Assembly: GCA_049999805.1 (NCBI GenBank) | Contig: JBNGIO010006239.1 | Location: 90,743-154,742, forward strand | Direction: 5' to 3' | Source of the DNA: Folioceros fuciformis | Lineage: Eukaryota | DNA: 64,000 nt | In this document: positions 1-11,899 of the stretch, piece after piece | How positions within the stretch are numbered: the stretch's first letter is position 1 | Layout of the letters: each line of letters opens with the position of its first letter | Translations under genes and position numbers: made by a program | The notes under the pieces: generated by a model | Seen by the model: only the letters and a program-made list of their open reading frames with translations | The model's database searches: none | Told to the model about the DNA's origin: nothing

Positions 1-161
1 CCCTCTCCCTCCCCTTCTCCCTCGTCGTCATCAGATCCTGCTGGCGACCCAGAAACAGAGCGCACGCGGCTCCTAGGTGCCACCTCCTGCTCGTCTTCCG
101 ACTCCACAAAGTCTTCACCGAAAATAGTTTCCATCATCTCGTGCCGCTTCTCCTCCCCCAT
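1..161 (-). CDS. VIP4: 5' end of a LEO1/VIP4-like PAF1 complex subunit (runs off the window start)
   Basis: Manual translation from ATG at 161: MGEEKRHEMMETIFGEDFVESEDEQEVAPRSRVRSVSGSPAGSDDDEGEGEGE. This resembles the plant LEO1/VIP4 N-terminus (M..EKR..MM..LFGD followed by an acidic tract). It is absent from the ORF track because it is truncated. Confidence 0.7.
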   Translation of the reverse strand, partial: MGEEKRHEMMETIFGEDFVESEDEQEVAPRSRVRSVSGSPAGSDDDEGEGEGE

Positions 162-903
162 CTTGGCGATCCGCACCGCACCCAGCTTCTGAATTCTCCA
201 CAGTTCTCACCCTAATTCACAACGCAGGCCATGTCTGTTGTCGAGAAACTCCAGACCCAAGCTCGTGGTCGTGTCTCAGGTTCCCACAAAGTATAATTCC
301 TCAATCTCATACCAGTATGCGGGCATCACAACAACACCACAATCCTTACACTATCTTTACATATGCGCATATACCAACGTCAAAGAGCACGCAAAAGAAG
401 CATAATCATCTGTGCCAAAGGAAACCCACGATTCCCTCGCCGTCCTGTATTCAGGACAATGACTGTTGTGAGTCGACTTAGGGTTTTCATCTGTATCAAA
501 ATCATGCGTAAAAGCCTCTGTTTCGAAATTTCTCTAACGAAGGGAGAACGTTGAGACCTTGGCCCTCCCATGTTAGTAGGACGAGTGACCATGGACTGCT
601 CCAGGTAGACGATGGGAGGAACGAGAGCGTGGCCTATGATCTTGCTCTCCTCATGCTCGTTCTCGTGCCTGACACTTTCACACAAGAAAAGGGAAGTAGC
701 AGTGCAGGCACTGTTGCCACTCGCTGCACCCTTCAAGTACTCACTTGGAGTATTGTACTGCAATTCCTGCAGATGCGAACACGGAGCGGCTTCACCTCCT
801 AAGATACGGGAAGTAATTGAGGAGATCAGTTTGCTACGGCAACAAGTGTCTCAAGACACATGGGCCAAAGCCAGATCGGTTACATAAAGCCGGGGCCATA
901 AGC

Positions 904-912
904 AAACCCTAA
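904..912 (+). promoter_or_regulatory. telo-box-like element (AAACCCTAA) in the divergent LEO1 / F-box intergenic region
   Basis: Exact AAACCCTAA about 160 bp upstream of the F-box ATG. The motif is short, so it could be chance. Confidence 0.3.
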
Positions 913-1069
913 AGCAACGGATCAGTAGGTTTTTTGATCTCGGGAGCGGTCCACAGTCATCTACATGTTCCGGATCGACACGTTGTACCTTCGCTGCTGA
1001 GAAGTCGATGTTTGGTGAGGAGCTGTGCAATACTCCTGCCGCAATACTCCTGCCGGTGTTGTACCCTCT

Positions 1070-2488
1070 ATGGAGCCCACGTCATTGGATCAGCTCACCC
1101 AGGAGCTATGGAGACTAATATTCCATCGCGTTCCGCACGTCAGTCGCCTCCAATGCCTGTGTGTTTCTCAAAAGTGGTACAAATTTTTGAAGGAGCTGGA
1201 GGAGGACCTGGCAGAAGCCAATCCAGGCTCTGCACGGTTGTTGCTCCTGGAGAAGGAGGGATATGAGTTGGATATCGAGGAGGAGAATCGACTCCAGTGG
1301 TCAGCCTTGGACCCCGTTACCTTCGAGAAGACTAGTGTGAAGCTGTCGTGGCCCCCTGGCTGGGATCCGGCTGTGCATGGTTGCATTCGAGGAGGAGGGC
1401 CCTCGGGTCTGGTGGCTCTATGGGACTCTAAAGCGTCACAGTATTGGATCGGGAGCCCTGTGCATGACAAGTGGGAGAAGGTGACAGAGTTGAATGTGTT
1501 CCGGCATTTGTCATTTCACCGGCGAGGTTTTCACTTGATTGAAGAAAAGAGCTGTGACAGGCGAATGTTTTGTCGGGAACCAGCGGTTCCGTGTTTCACA
1601 CCTGCGGAGAAATCGCCTCCAGAGGGTGAGTCTTGTCGGAAGGAGCGGTGCGGTTTCTATCACATTGTCCAGTTTCAATGGAACGAAACCCATGAGCGCT
1701 GGCCAGTGCACGACAGAAAGTTTGCGAATTGGGTAATCCAAGTTTATTCGTCCCGGTCCAGGACATGGAAGATTTTGGAAGAGCCAGCTCCTAGATTCAG
1801 ATCCCTTATCCACTCATGCGTGTCAGGGAACAGAGTTTACTTCTTGGCCGCACAGGAACCACGGGATGAACCACCATGGTATGTGGATCATAACACGTCT
1901 TGCCCGTTGTCTGTGTGGGTCTACGAGTGGGAGACAGCCGTTCTGTCTCTCAAGGTGGATAGAGATGTTGAGAACGATGAAATCAAGACGTACTGGAGAT
2001 CAATGCAGCTTCGTGTTTCGAAAGGTGGGGATATCAGGATTATCTCCGTGGGTCATCCAAGGGGGCAAGAACCCGATGAATGGAGTCTCTACCAGCTCGG
2101 TGTCGGGAATCCGTCCGGTGTTCATCCCTCATGGATTGTTGAGAAGCAGATTGAACTTGATGAACTTTTCTATGGTGATCAGGGTTTTGATGAGCTCATT
2201 GACTCTGATTCAGAAGACTGGAGCTACAACCTCATTGCATTCAATCCCACAGAGGGCTATTTGGATGATCTTTACGGACGGGCGCATGCAGAACGTAAAA
2301 CCATGTACGCCGAGAAGGAGTATCTGGACCATTGTGCAGAGGAAATTAGTGAATTCACATACTTTATGTACTTCAGTAAACCAGAAGGACTATGGAAGTG
2401 TTGGAACGTGGTTTGCCCTCTTTATAAGGACGGAGTATTACCGATCGTTCCATTTCTGCCATGTTGCAGTCTGCCATGCTGTGCATAG
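1070..2488 (+). CDS. intronless F-box protein
   Basis: Single uninterrupted ORF. From ATG 1070 the N-terminus reads LDQLTQELWRLIFHRVPHVSRLQCLCVSQKWYKFL, fitting the F-box pattern (L..L..E....IF.R.P...L.....V.K.W). It is followed by FBA/kelch-like segments such as QVYSSRSRTWK and RVYFL. Confidence 0.8.
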   Translation: MEPTSLDQLTQELWRLIFHRVPHVSRLQCLCVSQKWYKFLKELEEDLAEANPGSARLLLLEKEGYELDIEEENRLQWSALDPVTFEKTSVKLSWPPGWDPAVHGCIRGGGPSGLVALWDSKASQYWIGSPVHDKWEKVTELNVFRHLSFHRRGFHLIEEKSCDRRMFCREPAVPCFTPAEKSPPEGESCRKERCGFYHIVQFQWNETHERWPVHDRKFANWVIQVYSSRSRTWKILEEPAPRFRSLIHSCVSGNRVYFLAAQEPRDEPPWYVDHNTSCPLSVWVYEWETAVLSLKVDRDVENDEIKTYWRSMQLRVSKGGDIRIISVGHPRGQEPDEWSLYQLGVGNPSGVHPSWIVEKQIELDELFYGDQGFDELIDSDSEDWSYNLIAFNPTEGYLDDLYGRAHAERKTMYAEKEYLDHCAEEISEFTYFMYFSKPEGLWKCWNVVCPLYKDGVLPIVPFLPCCSLPCCA

Positions 2489-3640
2489 TGGGGAGCACCG
2501 ATGGCCATGGTGGGTAAAGGTTGGGAGTGAGGTGAGGCGGAGCTAGTGAGTGCCTTCTTAGCGTTTATCATCGTCTCCGCCCACATGTATTCTGACTCTG
2601 AGATTTCTGCTGCACGCCAATTGTGTGAACGCAGTAACTGGCGATCACACTCAACAGCTCGTCCACTCTGTCATCTTTCCTGGTCACATCCCGATGCAGC
2701 TTCTGCCTAGGAATGACCACGGAAGACGATTCAATGACATGGACAGACGAATTCTCAGCCGCAACTTGTAAGTAGTGTGACTCCCTTTACAAGACGGTGT
2801 GAACCTGAAGAAACGGTTTCCACTTGGGTGAGGTGTGTCCAAGTTGTGTGAAAGGAATGGCTTCTCTGCGTCATTCCAGCATCAACCGGCTTCGATTAGA
2901 GGCCTTACTAGAGTAAGGTAAACACCTGTCTCATTAGTGTCTCTGAACTGGACTCAGCTGGTATCAAACACACATTGCCCGCCCTGACTTGGTCACAAGC
3001 TATTTTTCAACAAGGATGTGTGCACTTCTCTTCCTTCACTTCTTTTCCCCGTAATGGGGGGACAGGTGCAACGCTGCAGGAGCATCCTCCGCCTATATGT
3101 CGGGCTAGACGGGATTGAGCTATTCGTCCACAAAATCAGTGACAGCAGAACGTGAATCCTCCGCAGGTTCATGACCTGCAGACACGCTGGTCGAATGCAT
3201 GCTGGTGGCTCTTCTGGTATCCATTATGGATTGACAACCCGGAATGTACTACATGTTGGCACTTGTAGTGGCCGGACAACCCATGTACGTAGTTGCACAC
3301 GTCAGACCTCCATCCTGTATGGCATAGATACATCCTAGGAGGAGCAGCGTTCAGTATGGAGTCTCACTTCCGAGAACTCCTGCAGCTTGGCTATAACATG
3401 GGCCCACGGCTGAACTCAACTTTCCCCAGAAGTGAGAGGTTGTGACCTGCACTTTGTCCGAGTGTAGAGCATCCAGATCTTTTCTCCATCTGCCATCATA
3501 AGCATCAAATCAACAAGGAAGTAGCCAAGTTTCGGTCATACCTATCTCCTTTCTTTTTAGTAGCAGTGGACACAAGCACGAATATGTAGGTTTGAAGTTT
3601 TTTACAACCCATTCCGGAGCCGGAGAGTGGGAAAATTATT

Positions 3641-6600
3641 TTACAAAAATAACTCTCGAAGAAATCGAGCAACGATTCGAGAAGTTAGACGGTTCATTAT
3701 CTCTGGCATGACCTGAGACCCAACAGTCGGCAGGACAGGCAGCAGTTCACGCACGACTGCCGACAACCGAGCTCCACGCTTCTGTCGATCAAGAACACCA
3801 GTGATAAGCACGGGCACTTGCTACACAAAGAAACGCATGTCGTGCATTCAAAATGCATTGAGGATCACCTGCGAGGAAGACTTATCGGTGGTTGCACCAG
3901 CAGACAGGAACTCCATCACTTTTCGCACATTGCTGATCACTCGTTCATCCTCCGAGGTCACGGTTGGGATGAGCGAAATAGACCTGGTAGCTCCAGGTAC
4001 TGGCATAATGCTCAGTATGGGATTCAACCTGTAGATACCTGATGAAACCACAAACCGGCCTAGCTGTTCACGACTGACTGCATCTATTCCCTTCACCACC
4101 TGCATGCATACAAGTGAACTGGTGATGAACATGTGTGTAAAATGAAACACATCAAGACCGTCCAGCTGATGCGCGTAAGGCAGTGTGTCGAACCTCATCC
4201 AATATGAACTCCCGGAAAAAATCACCCTCTTCAGAGAAAAGAAATGCCAACGCCGCGCGTGTTTGTAATTGGGGCTGGTCGGCGCCCCTCAGACTTAGTG
4301 CAGAAGACTGCGTGGGGATGAGACCCAGACTTGCCATGCCGCCACGCGTGCTCTGACCCCCCCCACTCCGTGCCGCAAGAGTGAAGGTCTCGAATGCTTC
4401 CATCACGTCTATGAAGCGCTCTGCATCGAACACGCCAGATTTGCCGTATATGGTGTACCTTAGGGACTGCCTCAACCTTGGAGACTTGTCAGTCAATAGT
4501 CTCTGCATGGACAAGCAAGACAGTTAGGGAGGTGACATGGGACCAGCAGGTGCCTGCTGCGTCCTATCCTCCAAACTTCAACTGCAAGTGCCTTGCTTGC
4601 ATACCTGCGCAATGTAGGGATACGCCTCATCAACAATTGCAAAATCTGGATTGCCCACGAGGGCAATGCCTTCCAGGACACCAATAGCTCGAATGATCAG
4701 CGCAAAGTACGGAGGTATTCGAAAAGGATAGTCAAATGTAATCTGGGCCAGATCCGCTGCCAGCTCTTGGAAGTTGATGTTCTTGGCCCCTCCACCTTCC
4801 AAAGCTTGATCGAAGACCTTGGCCAGCACTGGCATGATAGGTTTCAGATTGACTCCCTCTGGAATGAAGTCCAGAAGCACAAAGTCCTCCACAATGGCCT
4901 CGTAATCTCGATGAATCAAGTGCGAAATGGCGTCTATCATTCCGTATTTTTGGTTATCTGTAATTTGAGTCACTAAGCCTGCAAGAGGCGAACAAGAAGT
5001 TGGGTCATACTCTCCAATATTCCAACGATGAATGACAGAACGAGCTGCGAGGTGAAAACCCTGGCTAATTGAAAAGCAAAGAAACTTACCGAAGTCCAGC
5101 ACAGCCAACTTCCCATCAGGGGTTCGGATCAAGTTCCCAGGATGTGGGTCTGCATGAAAGAACCCTGTGTCCAACAACTTTACCCCAGTAACCCGAAATC
5201 AGCACACAAACGCGAATTATGTATAGTTACAGATTGATTTGCACAACGCAACGAAGATTACCTGCTTCAAGTAGCAGATCACGCCAACGTTCACAAGGTC
5301 TCCTACATCAGACGCTGTGCTCTGCGACAGCTTCTCTCCTTCAATCCACTGGGTCGTAAGCACCCTTCGTGAGGTGTACTTCGTGAAAGTTTTTGGCACA
5401 ACCACCTGCCACAAGCCGAGAACAAAGTAGCTTAAGAAGCCGTCAGCCAGATCTGGGTACAAAACAAAGAGGAGGAAAAAGGAAACCTGTGGGAGATCCA
5501 CTCGCATCATTTCTGCAAACCGAGTTCCATTTTGCCCTTCTTTCACATAGTCAAGCTCTTCGAAAAACCGAGCTGCCCACTCGTCCACCAGGCCAACAAC
5601 ATCTGTAGCAATCTGAAGTCAAAAGGACTCTTCAACTTAGATAAGCTGAGGCACACTTCGAGCTGGCAAAAACAGCAAACGGACAGCCCGGACCGCGTTG
5701 GCGAATGCCAGATGTGTGCGCTTCAGCAGTCACCTGTGGAAATCTCCGAAGAAAGAGCCCCAGCTTTCGGATGATGAACAAATCTATAGTTACAGTCTCA
5801 AGTACGTAAGGTCGCTGCACTTTTACAGCAACAGTTTCTCCGGTTTCCTTCAGAACACCCTTGTACACTTGACCGAGAGATGCTGCATATTCAACAACGG
5901 GCATCGTAAGCTGCAGTACGTCACTGCATCAACGAAGAGCGGCCACCTAGCTTATGTACCTAGCACACACCTGCCGCTATGGGTGACGGTGACAGACTGG
6001 AGTAGATCTCTTGCCAAGGACGACCAAGTTCTTCTTCGATGAGAACCATGGCCACATCATCTGGAAACGAAGGGACCTGCAAAGGGCGTCTAAATCAGAG
6101 ATCTCATCACCTGATAGACAAGCCCGAGATCCACATCCGTGGCAGCCCCGACGAATACGTAAGTGGAATCTGGGTCCCAACTTCAGCTCGCTACGTCAAA
6201 TGGGTTGTGGTTAGGGGGCGTGACCTTGTCGCATAGCTTTTGCAACTCGGTCATAGCAGACGGTGATAGGACGTCAGGTCGAATAGACAGAGCTTGTCCA
6301 AGCTTGATATACGCAGGACCCAGGGACGTTACAATTTCTCTCAGCTCAATTGCACGCTTCACCTCATTCTGAAAGAAAACACCGTTGTGATACACGAAGA
6401 GGGAAACCAAGCAGCTCGATTGGGCCAGACACCAAATGATGCCCCAACTTCATGCATGGGCAAAAACGCACCTTTTTCACTTTCTTTGTGATGATATCCA
6501 TGGCAATGTTAGAGAGAAAGCCACCAGCCACCCCCAGTAATTGAGCTATTCTGGTGGCCACAGATCCAGGCCTTTTGCCCCAGTAGGCACCAATGGTTGC

Positions 6601-7365
6601 TGGATCGTAAACCAGTGGCAACGTATCTTCATCTCCACGACTTTGCACCTGAGCAGAACAAGAACGCAACGATGTCAACTTCATGGGTCCGCCACACAAC
6701 CCGAACTCAAAACTACAATCGCGACGACAATTATCACCAGCACCACAGCCATACCTAGCGTCAACGGGGGAAAATCAAAAAAAAAAGAAGCCAGACCATC
6801 ACCTCCACAAGCCGCATTTTCGTGTCGGCAGACGCGAAGAGCTCGTCTTTGAGATTTTGCCCCCGCAGCCCTCGCATGAAGGAGGCGACTTGCTCATCCT
6901 CCTCCATTTGCGCTCGCATTTTCCTCATCTCCTCCGACATTTGAGAAACTCTCTGCACCGCCATCCACCAACGACAACCGAAAAGTGAGAAACCGAGACA
7001 GACAACTTCCACTCTCCACACCTCGCAACCCGACCCCTCAGTCCACACAACCCCACACAGGAACGAATGCCCGCACGTACCGAGCTCCGAGTCGCAGGGA
7101 TCACCACTCCCTCACCGAGCTGCACTTTGGGCCGGGTTTCGCGCGGGCCAGGCCTCGCAGGCGCAGGGGCATCCCGTGTGGCAACAGCATTCGCGTGCCC
7201 GCTTCTGTGATCTCTACCTTCCCTGCGAGGCCCCGCCATTCGCACCTCCTGACTCCTCATCCGCGCTGGGTGTGAGGCGGGACTGACGAACGAGGCACTG
7301 GACGAGCTAAGGCCGCTGGGACTGGCGCTCATCGCCCGCATCGTAGACTCCAGGGGGCCTCCCAT
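3641..7365 (-). CDS. ABC1K6: ABC1/UbiB atypical kinase, plastid type (At3g24190/ABC1K6-like), multi-exon
   Basis: Exon peptides include RAQMEEDEQVASFMRGLRGQNL, LPLVYDP..YWGKRP, LGPAYIKLGQALSIRPD, AASLGQVYKG..VAVKVQRP, EELDY, GFFHADPHPGN..DFG and FDYPFRIPPYFALIIRA. GT-AG introns; Ser-rich transit-like N-terminus from ATG 7365; stop TAA at 3641-3643. Confidence 0.9.
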
Positions 7366-8539
7366 GGCTGCAGCTCCTGGCACTGGGCCGCGTCAGATCA
7401 GCAGAAGGCTACACACAATTCAGCCTCCCTAAAGCCGACTGCTCCTCTTTCCGAAGCCGCAGTCTCAGAATTCTCCATGACCAGCTGTTTCCATCCAGCC
7501 GGCGGCGGCGGCGGCGACGACGGAGCAGGGGAAAGAGCCTGGTGGCAGCACGGCGTAACCCAGAACGCTTGGAGGGGAGCAGGAGCCTTGAAGCCCGTAG
7601 GCCGCAGGCCTGAGCGGCACACAGCAACCGAAGAGTCTCGTGTAACGTCCACCACAGCGTGGCCTTCACAGGGCCACCAGTCTCCGCCTTCGGACCTGTT
7701 GGACAATGGACACCCGCAATTTTATTCACCCTGTCCACCTTTTTTTATGCTTATTTGCAAGCCATCCTTGACTCTGGCCCCGCCACGCCCTGAAAAACGG
7801 AACGAAACTAAACGAAACGAAAACGGCAAGACCGCCGAACTCGACCCTCGCGGTGGACGGTCCGACGCCGTCAAGTATTGAACCCCGGACGGTATCCACG
7901 GGTCCCCTATTTAGCCGCCCACGTCCATTTACCGAAAATTTTTCCAGTTTTTGGGACTTATTCCATACGTCGTGGTGCGGCCTGCCCACATATTCTGAAG
8001 CCGGAAAGGGTCTCTCTCACCGTTGGAACGCTCCCACCAAGCTTTCATGGTTCGACCCAATGCGCGTCAACTCCACTGTCTTGTGTCAAGCTATATGGGC
8101 GATGGTTGTATGATATCGCATTAAAATAATAAGATTAATAAAGATATTCTTATTAATGTAGCTACTATAACATGACGAAAATCTGAGTCCCTCACTTTTG
8201 TGAGGAAACCATGTCTGCTTTCAAAAAAGGATAAAGCAAAGAAAAGATAGGAAAGAATGAAAGCATGAAAGCCTCGTGTTCAAAGGGCTCTATCCTAAAA
8301 AAGAGGACCACATCTCTTTGAAGTTGGAATCAAGTTTTAGATTCTGCTGGCATGTTGCTTTATGTTATCTTGCTTAGAGAGTGACGTCCTTTTGGCTATA
8401 CTAATTTATGTCACCAAATAGTTGTGAGGTAACGAGAGTCAGAGGGTGATCTTAGTAGAACTATAGACAAGGATGAGTTGAAAGATTACCAGGCAGTTGA
8501 TGGTGCTTGTGGAGTTGGTTGAAGACCTTCTTAAGGTCC

Positions 8540-8775
8540 TAATGAATTTTATTTTTTGTGCTCGGCTTAAGAAGTGTGTGAATGCGTTTAAGAAGAAACC
8601 ATGATAATGGGACTTGGCCAAGCTAACTAGAAAGATCTTCATTGACAAGATGGTGGATGAATTTTATTTTTTGTGCTTGGCTTAAGAAGTGTGTGAATGG
8701 GTTTAAGAAGAAACCATAATAATGGGACTTGGTCAAGCTAACTAGAAAGATCTTTAATGATAAGATGGTGGGAGA
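8540..8775. repeat. tandem duplication of about 115 bp inside AT-rich TE-derived sequence
   Basis: gaattttattttttgtgct(c/t)ggcttaagaagtgtgtgaatg...gctaactagaaagatct occurs twice in succession. Confidence 0.75.
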
Positions 8776-9379
8776 GCAACTAAGAACGGCAAAGTGGACT
8801 TGCCAAGCTTCACAATCAATATTAAATGACAATTGAAGTTTGAGGAAGGTCACCTAGAGTTTAAGGAGATTCACTACAAGTCCACCATGATTCAAAAAAG
8901 TCTGCTGGAGTATAAATTCATCAAAGTGCAAAGAGTCTAAAAGATAAACTCCTAGAAAAAAAAATCCCTTAGGCACATAGTCTTACAACACAAAGACTAT
9001 CCAATGGAGGGAGAGATGGCCAACAATCCTCCAATAACTTTCCCCTTGCTATCACACCCTAAAATGGATAAAATGATTCAAGAGGTGGCACCAAGCATGG
9101 CATTGATATTCCATCCAATTACGCTTATATGTATATGCGTTAGCTTAACCTAATGTCATCTTCAAAGGTGGTGCGTTGCTATTGTTACAAAAGAATGTAA
9201 CAGATCACTATGGATTCTAATAATGAGAAGAAGTTACATTATCTTCTATTTAGGTGATGGATAAAAGTCACGAAAAACTGCCCCAGAGAGTAAAGGACAA
9301 GAAAATCACTTGCTCGTGCAAGAAGTTGAGACATCACTCAATGCATGAACAAGTTTAGATTGCAGATATCTAATCATGT

Positions 9380-11790
9380 ACGCAATCTAAAACTTTTGTG
9401 CTTAGAGACATAAGAGTTCTTAGCATCCAAACTCTTGTGCTTGGAGACATAAGAGTTCTTAGCTCATGCAAAAAGTTCATAGATTACTCATAGTATGTAA
9501 GCAACTTGGATTATGCATATCTATTTATAGATGCAATCTAAACTCTTGGGCATAGAGACATAAGAGTTCTTAGAAATTGAACATAGTTTAAAAATTAACT
9601 CGTTAACTCTTGTTTCAACCTTGAGTCCATAGTGCAAGCTTACATAAACAGCTATTTAACTTATTGAAATTGCTATACGTGAAAAGAGGAACTATCTAGA
9701 TCTGATAAGGAGAAGTGGGAGGTAGCTCTATTATCAAAATATAGTAGTTTGATAGAGAATAACACTTTGGAATAAGTTAAGCTATCTTACGGTTAGAAAC
9801 GAATCCAATATAAACGTATATGTCATATCAAGTTGAAAATTGATGGTAGTATAGACTGTTACAAGGAATGTTGTGTATATTAAGGGATATAGTCAAGTTC
9901 TTAGAGTAAATTATCATGAGACCTTTTCACTAGTCGATAAGTTGTAGACAATTAAATACTTATTAGCATTAGTAGTTGAGTTAGATTTAGACCTACTACA
10001 AGTGGATATCATCATTGTCTTTCTATGTGGTAAATTATATTTCTATGTGGTAAATTTGAAGCTTTATATATAACAACCTAAAGGTTTGTAGATCCTAAAA
10101 CAAGAGACTAAAACAAGAGACATAGTTTGTAAACTTTTGAAATGTATTGATGAATTCAAACAATCTTCTTTTCAAATTTAATAACAAACTCTAACAATCT
10201 CCGTTGAAGTGATATATTGATATAGATAACACTTTTGTAGAGATTAGCTTTGTACGTTGTATTTCTAATGAGAATATATATATTTCCTACGTAAGAATGA
10301 AGACCTTACTATTATTGTTTTACATATGGATGATATAATAAATGCTACAAATAGCAAGACCTCTTATCTAAAGTTAAGACAATGCTTAATTTCAAATACA
10401 AGATGAAGCATATTAAAATTCTTACTCATTGCCTTAAAGTTCAAATTGCTCGAAATACGGAAGAAGGTACACTTAGCATTTATCAATCCAAGTATATTCA
10501 AGAGTTTCTTATATAATTCAAGCTTGAGGTAATACGTGCTACAACCTCTCCACTTGCAGCTAGATAAATCCTATCTACTTAAGATAACCTTATTACAACT
10601 AAGAAACAGGAGAGGATGCTTCATAAACCTTGTACAAAAGCATTAGGATATTTACCTTTCTTTCATGGCTAGACTTGTCTAGACATTACAATTGTTATTT
10701 TCATCATGTCATAATTTTTCTTTAATCTTGATTAAGCTCATTAGGTTACGGTAAAGTGTATGTATCGCTCCTTACTTGGAACTATGGCTTTAGTATAAGA
10801 GATTGGGAACAAAAAGGTTGTTACTTTAGGGATGGTTTGATGCCAATTCCGGAATCAAATATTACAAGGAAAAGCTTATCTAGCTATTGTTTCCCCTTGT
10901 GTAATGCTACTCTTTTATAGACGTACAAGAAGCAACACAATGTGTCTTTTAGCTCAACTGAAAGTAAGTATGTTTGTTTCTCTTAGCTCAACTAAAAGTG
11001 AGTATGCTTTCTTGATACTAGATGATTTTAACTCAATTGAGAATAAGTATGTTTGTATCTCTTAGCTCAACTAAGAGTGAGTATGCTTTATTAATATTAG
11101 ATGGTAAGGACGTAGTAGCTAGAAAATTCTTATTTGAAGATATGGATCAAGTTTAAGGCCCACTGAGCTTATTGTGTTGTGAGAGTATGTCGGCAACAGC
11201 GTTCACCAACTATGTCAAGCACTACGCTTCAACTAAGCACATTGGTGTTCAACATTTTTTAATAAGATAACTAGTTGTTGAGCATTGTGTTAGTGAATAT
11301 TAAGTACCATACTCCAATTAAGTATATTGGTGTTCATCATTTTTTATCAGATAACTAATTGTTGAGCATTATATTAGTAAATGTTAAGTACCATACCCCA
11401 ATTAAGCATACTGGTGTTCATCATCATTTTACAAGACAACTAGTTGTTAAGAATCATGTAACTATTGGGTATGTCCGCATAGAGGAGAACTTTACCCATA
11501 CATTTATTTAAGATTCATCTAAGGCCAAGGATGAGTATCTTTCTTCTACCTTAGGCCTTGTGAACTTATCAATTAGCTCTTCATAAGTAAGAGCTCTTCT
11601 TCATCTTATGTTAACTTATTGCACATTTATGTTCTTATCAAGAGTGAATTAAATATATTTGCTTGTTAGTATCATTTCACTTTTTTCTAGACCTGAGTAG
11701 GAATGTTGAGATTATACTAATTAGAGCCTATTCAGGGCATATTTGAAAATTACTTTTAGTTGTCACGTAGGTTATTAAGATATGTATAGG
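9380..11790 (+). mobile_element. degenerate Ty1/Copia retrotransposon 3' part (RT, RNaseH, PPT, start of 3' LTR)
   Basis: Decayed RT and RNaseH remnants (KLKIDGSIDCYK, YHETFSLV, LHMDDI, SSTESEY, TKHIGVHHHF), with several segments locally triplicated. A PPT-like tract followed by TGTTG (cctgagtaggaaTGTTGAGA) lies at about 11692-11711. Confidence 0.75.
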
Positions 11791-11899
11791 TATCAAAGAT
11801 TTTCACATGTTCTCATGCATTAAACCCTATTGTTCTTATGGCCTTAAACCCTCACGTTTAAACCCTGAACCCTAAAGCTTCTAATACCATGTTCTTGCC

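Noticed and set aside
363-887. Several 60-130 aa ORFs between LEO1 and the F-box gene
   Set aside because: No recognisable domain and no consistent frame; treated as intergenic or promoter DNA.
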